Assembly: GCA_000708835.1 (NCBI GenBank)
Contig: DF237100.1
Location: forward strand, 108,628 to 172,627
DNA: 64,000 nt
Direction: 5' to 3'
Source: Klebsormidium nitens
Taxonomy: Eukaryota > Plantae > Klebsormidiophyceae
Shown: one piece after another, positions 54,595-64,000 of the stretch
How the letters are laid out: each line of letters opens with the position of its first letter
How positions within the stretch are numbered: position 1 is the stretch's first letter
The notes under the pieces: generated by a model
The model's input: the letters and a program-made list of their open reading frames with translations, nothing else
Told to the model about the DNA's origin: nothing
Database searches by the model: none
Position numbers and translations under genes: made by a program

Positions 54595-57013
54595 GCGCTG
54601 GTGGTGGTGCCGAACGACCAACTGCTGGAGTGTAATACTGACAATCAGGTCATGCACCCGGCTCTCCTGACACCAATTTTGCTTCTGGCTGAAGCACTGG
54701 AGATCTGCATATGTTGTGTCAATAGCCCAAGGTTTCAGCCGCTAGTGACTGACATCAGATGAGGCGTGATCACGACTCAAGCTCACAAAAAGGCGTATAA
54801 GTCTTGGCTGATTCGCTGACTGGCCGCTTCGCAGTTGATCAATAGGATATCGGACGTGTAGTTTCATAGCTCTGGCGGAGCATGCACTTCAAGGAGCATG
54901 TTATGGCAAGAAGCTTCTGCCTTTCAAAGGTCGAAATCGAAAGAGCCGCACCGGTGCCAAAAGAGCCCAAGCAACAAGGTGATGTTGCACATGTGAAGGA
55001 AATTCGATGTCGGAACCACGCAGTCATCTTTTCGTGCGCAGACCCTCACAGATAGAGGAGGCATTCTGCATTTGGCGACGGATGCTGCAACAAAAGGTCC
55101 ACACGAAGAGCGGCGGACCCTCCCCCTCCCCAGAATGCTCACGCGAGCGCGATTGATCTACCCGGCCCTCAGGTATAATTTTCAGATTATCAGCAGCGCT
55201 TCCACTCGAAGCGTCATTTCGTCGGGGGTCTTCAGCTCCTCACTCTAACCCTGCCCTCGACCGTGCCGCGCTCCTCCTGGGGGCCGCTTTAGTGCCATAA
55301 CCTGCCTCCACTTTTTCGGCCGCGGGTAGCTCGAGATCCCTTTTTGAATTCATGTCTAGGCCACACCCGATCCTTGCAGCACCTAGAGATTGTCCACCTC
55401 GGTCGGACCTTCCTGCCAGTGAACTTGTTCTTGCCGGTATGTCTGCCCAACTTTCAAACGTTTGAAACTTCTACTGAAGAGAGAGTTGCGACAGACCCCT
55501 TTCTGGTCTTTGTTAAATGCTGACCAGGATCGAACTACTGAGACCAGTAAAGGTTTTCGCAGGCTTAAATCTCAAATCAAAGTCCATTTGAGCTAAGATT
55601 CGCGGCGCTGGGACGCTAGAAGATCCTCGCTCTTGATTGTTGTCGCTCTTTTGCTCACGTTCTTCCGCCCCCTCCCTAAATTACGGGCGGCCTCGTGAAA
55701 GGGGACTTGAACGAGCTGACGTCGGGGCCATCATGAAAGACGCGGGTGACGCTATCTGGAGATCGATATCGGCGAGGGCTCTGGCCCAGACGCGCGCGCA
55801 CGGGAGCAACGGGCGCGCTCGGCTCGCCGCTGCAGAGCCTGGACGCCGACGGGCGTGAACTACAACCTGACGTCAGGAAGCGACCTCACGTTGCAAGAGG
55901 TGAGGCGCTCTTACCGTTTCGATCTGTGCTGCGTGGGAAGGTTTTGAGAAGGGGACCATACTTTTCGGCATATTGTAAACTTGATGAAAGAGACTGAGAG
56001 GTCGTCACAAGGGCCGACGAAGTTTTGGCCGAATACCATAAGGGCCATATCTTAGCTGATGGTCATGGGCGCGAACCCTTCTAGTATAGCAAGCCTTCTG
56101 ACACAAGATGAAGTAGCTTCACGGTAGGTGTCTCATTGTGACGCTCGTTTGACCGATAATCAAAGAAGGGTTTCTGTGCATTCCCTTGTTCTCCGCGGTC
56201 GTTTGCTTTCTGATTTTCTGTCAAGGGCGTTGCGATGCCCGTTAAAAATTAGCTTCTCAGCGCTTATTTGCAAAATCCCAGGTATGCCCGTTGATAGTAC
56301 TGTGAACATGGAAAGGTTTTTATTTGGCATGCTGAATTACTTTTAGTCCTTGACTCTCTGGCATCACGTTACAAGCCTCCGCAAACCAACCGTAGATCAT
56401 TTTGGGAAGATTCACCACTTAAGCGACTAAAAAACATCCTACTCAGTGCAGATGGCCACGGTTGCAGTAACCGTAGCGGATCACGTGCACCCCGCTCCGA
56501 ATATCATCATCGCAACGGTTTTCAACGACAACTTTCGGGTTGGTCCGTCGTTCCAGAAGTCCACAAATATGAATACAATCAGTGGTTGCCTGGTTGAGAA
56601 GCTTTCTGTCGAGACTCTGACGGAGAGGCGACGCTAGGTGAGCACCTGATTGATTACCTAGAGGACGAGTGACACACAAATTCGAAAGCGCCCCGAGTGC
56701 TTCTGTACCAAGGCGCTTGGGAATCGCTTCCAGATTTGTATGTCTACTAGGCTTTTGTCAGTGCGACTTCGGTCCTCTTATACCGACCATTTACGGCCCG
56801 CAAGTTCCTGCTCTGGGATTTGAGACTGTTGCTTACCTGCAGGGAAAGCTTCGCATAACAACCACATTCCTCACCGGATTCCGAGACGAGCCAGGCGAAA
56901 GTGTTGCGGACGACGCTCGAACAGCGTACAAGGGTTTGTACGCCGAATTGGACGCCTTGTGGGACAATTCCGCGTGCACGTTGGAGAATGGGCCCTACCG
57001 CCGCCGCAATTAA
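54595..57013 (+). pseudogene. FtsZ: Decayed 5'-truncated FtsZ copy (remnants of exons 5-9)
   Basis: Remnants: ALVVVPNDQLL (54595), EEAF (~55055), a frameshifted ADVGAIMKDAG...GSPLQSL...YNLTSG.DLTLQE (55700-55900), HVHPAPNII (56450-56535) and GKLRITTTFLTGFRDEPG (56843-57013). Exons 1-4 were not found. Confidence 0.9.
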
Positions 57014-58033
57014 CCCTGGAGTACGGGAACCGGACGCGTTCCTGGCCCATACGGTTACATATCAGACAACCAGATATTGTGTAGATACCATTTAGGGGGA
57101 AATTGGCACTTGCGCTTTTGAAGAAAGCGAGCATGGTCAGATTCGACCTTGTCGCGAACATGGCGGCTGGTAGGTGCCTAGTTAAAGTGATGGATATAGA
57201 ATCTTGTCATTCCTGTCTGTTTGCGTGCCATATGATTGATCGATGGCCCGCCTTGCGAGTGCAGTCTTTGCAGATGAGGCCTAGCAATATACCGTAACGT
57301 TGCAAGTGAGGGCTTCAACCCACACTGCCACTTACAATTCAGTGGGCGCTGTCTCCAACTACATTGTCTACGCAGGACGTCAATGCGCCCGATTCATCTC
57401 CACGAACCGCATGTCCAACGAGGTGCATTACTCCCATATGACTCATGAAGCGCGGCCTTGAGGCCTTACTGGAGATCCGAGGTTGTTTATGTTCTCGATC
57501 CTCTAGAGCACAAGTCACTCAGTGGAGGTGTAGCACAATGTCTCGAAGGTTTCAGGTCAAACCTTTGTTAGAATCTGTAATAATCTAACAACGTATGCAA
57601 GTCTCAAGCACATGTATGCCACGCTCAAGTCACCACTAAATGCCAAAGCTCTGTCATCTGGACACTCGCCTTGCGCTCGGTGATCGTCTCTGATTTTGAG
57701 CAGACTACATTCTTCACATTGATCAAATCTAAGGGCAGCTCCGAGCTTAGAGTCTCGGCAACGTTTGTATTGTGCCGCAACTTTGAGACAGGCTCGGTGC
57801 TCCACCGTACATTTAGACTCCGCTTCACAAAAATGCCGGCCGCCGACAACTGCCCGCGGACGATGGGACGGATATCACCCAGACAATTTCCCATTGGCAT
57901 GCTACTTTGGATGTAGGTACAAAATAATTGCAACTCGACGTTAGGTTGCGGGACTTCTTGCTAGCAGAGAGCACAAATCCCTTATGTCCGCGAGGACACT
58001 GGTTGATCACCCACGAAAAAAAACCTATAAACC

Positions 58034-58260
58034 GAGATGGTCTCGACCGTCCGATAAGCACAGGGCAATCTCTGCCGTTGGTTGAAGGATATGCTTGCAT
58101 ACAGAACCGTCAGACATGGTCGCTTTTCGGCCGTTCGATGAGAAGCACGGCTATCTGGACGGCTTTTGGTTCACCTGAGTTGCCGTTTAGCGCCGCCGGT
58201 TGCCCAAGCAAGCACGTGATCACACATGCAAAATATGGCGCCAAGTCATCTGTAGACTGT
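58034..58260 (+). promoter_or_regulatory. Conserved upstream block of kinase B
   Basis: Homologous to 6375-6600; retains CACGTG and CCGTCCGAT/CCGTTCGAT motifs. Confidence 0.45.
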
Positions 58261-58509
58261 ACGTACTATTACATGAAATCCCAATGAGCAAAGCTGACGG
58301 GGCTTTATCTCCCAGCTCGGGCAAGCTGCATTTTGCTTAGCGGTTAGCCTTGAGTCTGAGCTTGGAGTTCGTCATTCTCCAGTTCTCTGGAAGACAACTT
58401 ACCAGCTTTTTGGCGCTCTTGCTTCCAGCTTTCCAGCTTGCACGGTTTGCGATCGCGCTGCCCAGCCCCCCCCCACTGTGTTTAGCCAGCAGTCTAGATG
58501 CGCCACGTC

Positions 58510-61500
58510 ATGGCGTCTCTCTACAGCCTGTTTGAGCAGGTGATTGTGATGCCCCTGGAGCACCTTGCTCAGACCTTTTGTGGGCGAGCACGCGGTGCTG
58601 CTGAGGTCCTTTGCTCCACCTTGAGCGAGGTACCTGGAGGGGAGCTGTTGGCAGGGGTTGCGCGTGAGGCCTTGGATGCGCTTCTCCCTGCAGAGGAGAA
58701 GGCCCAGGCGGAGGGGCAGTGGAGGATGGTGGGAGGGCTGGTGGAGCCAGAGGAGGAGGAGGGAGAGGTGGAGAGGGAGGAGGAGGAGAGGTTGGTGGTT
58801 GTGACTGAGGGTGTCCGAGAGGAGGAGGATGCGTCAGAGTCTCCCCGGACAGACTGCGCAGAGGGTGATTGCCAGCAGGTGATGACCCTCAAAAGTTTGT
58901 TCAGATTCTGGCACCTGGCAGCAGAGTATAAAAGAGAGGGCTTTCATTCCCCACAATTGCAGCCCTTTACAGACCAACGTCCTTGTGTCGTGTTGTCAAG
59001 TGCATCTTGTACAACAGGCTTGATATCTCATCTCTGCTATCTCTTGCATTTGCACAACCTGTCTCTTTGTTCAATTGTGCTTCTGTTGCCCACCAAGATT
59101 GTAACCGAAAAAAGGGGTATGAAGTAGCTTTAAGGTCATGGACAATGCCGCAGCATTTCTGGAGAATCAGCGGGTTTCCCCATGTTGGATTCAGCAGCGG
59201 GCCTGGCGTTTGACCACTGTAAGGGGAGTATTTGTTGAAATCATTCATAGATCTGGCCTGTTTTCTGACTGCAATTGCCTCCCCCTTACAGGCGCCCTCT
59301 GCAGAGCCCCTCCTCGACGTGGTTGACGCCTCCCCCGCCGAAGCCTCGGCGCCCGACCAGACGGAGCAGCGGGACACCGGCGCGGCGGAGGCGGACTCCA
59401 CTGTCACTAGGGAGGAGGCAGACGACTGTGGCGCCCGGGAGGGGGACGCAGATCGGTCTCCCGGCGCCTCCTGCGCAGAGGGTGGCTACCACGAGGTACG
59501 GCACTGGTTTCTTTTCAGGAAAGACAGCAGAAAATGACATGTAAAGAAACGTAGTCAAGGAGTGCAGATGCAGATGGTGCTGGCTTGCGTAGGAATCAAA
59601 AGCGGAACACAAACATGCTTCACTTGCGCAGGGACAGGCATCCTTGGTCTGAAGTTAGGAATCTGTGCACCTTCCGATGTTTGATGGTCAGAAGTTGGAT
59701 CAATCCTGTCAGTGAAAACCTCTTGAAGCTGTGCTCATGTTATCCAAGAGGGCGTCCCGCATCACGCCCTTTTGTACAAACACATCTGACAAAGTAACAA
59801 TTTCGTAGATCTCATGTAAAGCCCCTTCCAACAATTAAAGTCTGAAAGTCATTCCATTCTCTCCACAGGCACCCTCTGCCGCGCCCCTCACTGAGGCGGC
59901 TGCAGACTCCCCCGCCGCTGCCCCTGCGCCCTTGGTCCCCCACACGACCAGCCTCTAGAAGGAGCAGCGGGGCAGCGGCAGGGTTGGGTCGCCATCTGCA
60001 GGGGGAGGACTATTCAGCGCTGACGCGTTCGTCCTCCCCAGCGACGACGGGACCTTGTTCTCAGATCCCCTGTTTGACTTTGAGCCGCTCCCTGCTTCGG
60101 ACGTGGGGGTTAGGGCTTCTGATGGGGAGAGGGCGGTGGCTGAGACAGTGGGGGCTGATGAGGGCGAGGCAGAGGCGCTGTCTCATGGGGAGGCGCTGCT
60201 GCTCAGGGGGGTGCTGGTAGAGACTGCGGGTGTGGAGGGGGTGGGGCCGAGGGAGGAGAGTGTCATGCTGCAGGACCAGGATCTAGTACAGGTGCGCGCT
60301 GGTTGGTCTTGTGCTTCGTCTTGTAGAATAGGACCATAGAATTAGTAGGACCTTGCTCACATCCTCGTCTTCGAACCTGTTTCTACTCTCACGTCTGAGA
60401 GTGTGTCAGAGTTTGGCTTCATCAAGAAAATATTGGCCATTTTGAACCTTGTTGCGCCTTGCGAGATACATATGCTCGAAGTAAGTTTTTCTGCAGGAAT
60501 TGTGCGGATTGCAAAACCGAGAGCTCAATTCCTCGTTGCAATTGTACCTGCAGGCCGCCAGGATCGCTCCGCGCTTTCCCCCCCAGTACTCATCCCTGGC
60601 TAGGGTCCTGGACTTCTACCCACATGTCATGATGGGGACGGAGCTGGGCAAGGTGAGCAGTCAGAGCCGCGGTCTTTCTGCTTAGCCCTTCAACAAATCT
60701 TGACCGAGCTTGGCTCGCTGTAGGTTGGAAGCAGCAACAAAAGCAGTAAATTTCTTTCAGAGATGCCTGGGGACTTCTTGGCTTTTCAACCATTATCAGG
60801 TTTCTCGGATTTCACTTTGGCAGACTCTTAGGGGATATCTGGTTCTCATTGGAAGCGATCATCTCTGCCAATTTTCCCTCTGTCTTTTGAAAAGTTCTCG
60901 AGGTCTCCAAGCTGGGGTAAAGCAATGTCTGTTGAGTAGGCTTTTTACCTGTCAAGACAAACAGTGCTTCCAGGTAAAGATACGTAATTGAGTTCTGGAA
61001 CAAGCGTGAGAGAAGTGTAGTCTGAACGAACATTTGGACTCCGGTTTTTAAGAGTTAGGCTTTCACGAGTTGCGGACAGGATCGGAAGCCGACAGCGTCT
61101 CCTGCTTAGTGCAGGGCGGGCAGGGGACGGTGCACCTGGCGGACGTGCTCTGCGCGAACAGGGGGCGCTTCCCGGTTGCCGCAAAGGTCCCCGCAGCGGG
61201 CCTCCCGGGGGACTACCTGCTGCAAGAGGTGAGGGAAGCCCGCACTTCTGTTGCTTGTTGACATCTACGAAGCCGGATTTGTTGGTCGGGCATCAGAGGT
61301 CTGAGGATTTCAGGATCCTTTCTATGGTGATAGCAGATTTCTTTCTTTTTAGGAGTCTCTTTTTGAAAATCTGAGGCAGGATTGGAAATGCATTGGTTTC
61401 CGCTGGAAGCAATCATGAGACTCCCCCAAAGACTGTGATATGATCTCAGCTTCGCTCACGAGAAACACGTTTGTCCTACAGCTTCCTCGAAAGAACTTTA

Positions 61501-62826
61501 ATCTGTACGCTTTAGGGTTCTACATTTCCAGGCTTTCAGCTTTTGAATTGCTCACCAACTCTCCCACTGACCCGTCAACTCTCCTCTCGCAGGCCCTCGT
61601 CTGTCTGGAGCTCCAGGGCTGCCCCAACGTGATCCACCTCCTGGGCTTCACCGTCCAGCGGGGCACGTTCATCCCGCTCTACGCGCTCGCGGACCCCTCC
61701 CCCGCCTGGACGCAGCCCGGAGCCGGGGCGCAGTGGACCCCCCCCCAGCTGTACCACATCGCGGTGATGGTCTACCAGGTCGCGCTGGGGCTGGAGGGGA
61801 TGCACGACCTGGGCTGGCTGCACGGGTGAGGGTTTGAGAATTTTGTTATGGCTCTGTTTGGAATGCTTTGGCGGCGGGTGCAAGGCTTTGATCAATGTGA
61901 GCCGAGGATAGAATGCGGATGCTCTTTGGTTTGTCGGTCTTCAGGTGGCTCGGTAAGGGACTCTGTGCATACCAGCATGGAGCTTGCAAAGTACGTGACG
62001 ACGCCGAATGATTGCAATGTTCGGTCAGGAAAGCAGTCCCTTTGCTATGCCGGCTCAAAAGGTAAATCTTAGCATGGATGGAGAAGAGCAGCCTGGATCG
62101 ACTTGCGGCTGCTGGCCCTGAAGCTGGTTTATTCTTGCGAAACATCTCAAAGGCTGTTGTCATTTCGAGTCGTGTAACTACGGTCAAACACCTGCCGTCT
62201 CTCCTGCAGCGATCTCAAGGTTGAGAACATCCTCTTCGACTTCCGCCGCGTCATGCTGGCGGACTTCGGCATCGCCGTTCGGGAGAGCGAGGCTGCCGCC
62301 AAGGGGGCGGTAAGGCTCTTGCTGTTCCGTTTGTAGCTTTCTTTGCTTTCAACCCCACGACTGATCTTCCTATGCTTTGAAAAGTTCACAAATTTCGAGG
62401 ATCTGCCCGCAGTTTTCGAGAGTCTCCGGTTCGGATAGATCTCTTTCCAGAAAGGTCTGCCTTGGTATGAGATTCTGGTGTGTTTGAATCTCAAAGAATT
62501 TAAGGATTATACATATGCCGTCACGGAGGGACCTTTCTGAATCTGCTCAAATACCCAAACGGCCTGCTTGACCTCTGCCTATACCTTGTACATCCGCTGC
62601 CTATGCCTCCTTTCCTTCTCTGAAAGCCTGTTTCAGTCGCACTCGGAATGTGTCTTAACCTCGCGTTAACCCTTGTTTTCTGCAGGGCGGCACCCTGGGT
62701 TACCTCTCCCCCGAGGTGTATCTCCATCGGTACCAGACGAAGCAGAGCGACGTCTACGCCTTGGGCGTGGTCATCTGGGCGCTGGTTACTGGCAGCCGCC
62801 CCCACTACGGCTTCCGCGATACCTTG
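58510..62826 (+). pseudogene. Protein kinase copy B: exons 1-8 present, in-frame TAG in exon 3, last exon absent from the window
   Basis: Exons 58510-58878, 59292-59495, 59869-60291, 60554-60652, 61115-61228, 61593-61825, 62210-62309 and 62686-62826, all GT-AG and in phase. TAG at 59956-59958 where copy A has CAG. Kinase motifs are intact (GKGGQG, VAAK, HGDLKVEN, DFG, SPE). Confidence 0.85.
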
Positions 62827-63110
62827 GTGAGGCGCTTTATTCCACTTGCTCCTCATGATCTGGTGATTTCTACCTGTGAGAAGCTTCCGCCACGGCCTTG
62901 TTAAGGCATCGAACCAGACTTGTCGATGATCTAGGAGCTGACGTCCCGCACTCAGTGCACGCCCTTTCAATGTCATGATATCATTTGCAACCTCCCAACT
63001 CGTGGTGAGGGCCCTTTGGTCGACTTTCATTTGACGTCCCCTTTAGCATACCGCACCAAATTGTTGACAATGTCTTTTCTGACACTGAGGTTCCGCACTT
63101 CGGTGCGCGC

Positions 63111-63959
63111 TTGCTGGTTGTTGATCAGAGTGGGGCACTTTTCGAACCAGACGATACCACCATCAACACCCCTAGAAGATCCATCAACAGACATAAGTAC
63201 CCTTTAGTAAAGTCGATCCGATCGCTCTACAAGCAAGGCATGTATGCCATTCCGTTAAGGCTCGAAATGGAAAATGGGAAAAAGAAGCCCTTCTTCAATA
63301 AAGGAGGGTATCTACAATTATCCGGGTCCATAGAGGCATACAAACAGAGAATCAACGCATTTGTTTGCCGAGCTCAATCGAACGTGAACGCTTTGGCGGT
63401 CCTGTGTGAAATTTCGGACATTTTTTTGTTTGACGTAGACGCAGAAGGGAAGGAGGCCACAGAAAGGAACGTAGGGAAGGAGGCTGGAACAAAGCTGTGG
63501 AAGGAATTGATAAACAAACACGGTGACAACGTCACATTAAAGGCGAGAACACGTTCAGGAAACGGTTTACACTACTTTTTCTCGGCAAGCAAGACCGAAG
63601 GGCTTCTCAATCCATCAAACTTCTCGACAATCTTTCACGAAGGTACCACATGTGCGATGGATGGTCGTGGAAAGGATGGATTAGCTTTTGTAAGCCCCTC
63701 GAGTTACCAAGATAACAAAGGCAGAACATTTGGTTATTCCTGGATAGAAGGTGATGAAACCACATCACGAGTTGCTATGCCGCCGTGGTTGGTTCGATTC
63801 CTGAACAACACGTCAGCAAAGGCAGTCGGTGGTACAACGGGAAATGTGAAGGTCAGCAAGACCCTCAGCAACTCGAATACTAGCAATAGGCCCATCAGCT
63901 CGCCGCACGTGACAATCCGTACATGCAAGCTGAAGAATCAACAGGGGGCTCGGACTTAA
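63111..63959 (+). mobile_element. Intronless bifunctional primase-polymerase (Prim-Pol, AEP superfamily) domain ORF, probable viral or mobile-element origin
   Basis: Motif order G...IPL...KKP, LAVLC...IFLFDVD (DxD), ARTRSGNGLHYFF (sGxH) and DGRGKDGLAFVSPS (D.R..G..v.pS) is typical of Prim-Pol. No introns. Spot counts give about 40-45% GC, lower than the GC-rich neighbouring exons. The frame is open from 63009. Confidence 0.78.
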
Positions 63960-64000
63960 ACATGGATTCTGTGACGGTTGGACAGGGTTCACACGCTGCC

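Larger units (their letters stand above)
54595..63100 (+). repeat. Arm B of the inverted segmental duplication
   Basis: Collinear reverse-complement homology to 1590-9777, from ALVVVPND (54595) to intron-8 motifs TCAGTGCACG, ATTTGCA.C.CCC.ACTC, TTGACGTCC and GTTCCGC (~63097). Confidence 0.92.

Noticed and set aside
57557-57960. Minus-strand ORFs in the segment unique to arm B
   Set aside because: About 100 aa, no recognisable family; could be an insertion but nothing supports a call.

Overview
Intron-rich eukaryotic nuclear DNA with GT-AG introns and GC-rich exons. Gene content (ZYP1, Phi-class GST, plant-type ABCF4/AGT2/GLTSCR1-domain genes, plastid-type FtsZ) points to a streptophyte, by style a Klebsormidium-like alga (inference). 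I reconstructed exons by hand. The central ~45 kb holds a 2OG-Fe(II) oxygenase gene, ABCF4, a GLTSCR1/BRIP-like gene, GSTF, an RSRC2/SMAP-like gene, AGT2 and ZYP1. This block is bracketed by a diverged ~8 kb inverted duplication (about 1590-9777 vs 54595-63100). Arm A carries a 9-exon non-RD protein kinase and the 3' half of a ~1082-aa FtsZ that has a ~720-aa N-terminal extension and an altered GTP-binding signature (GGGVGTG). Arm B carries a decayed FtsZ fragment and a second kinase copy with a nonsense codon. Where that copy's last exon should be there is instead an intronless, AT-richer primase-polymerase (Prim-Pol) ORF of probable viral or mobile origin. Single-base lesions appear in kinase A (splice acceptor), the 2OG gene and ZYP1 (frameshifts); these may be real or assembly errors. 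No rRNA, tRNA or CRISPR array was found.
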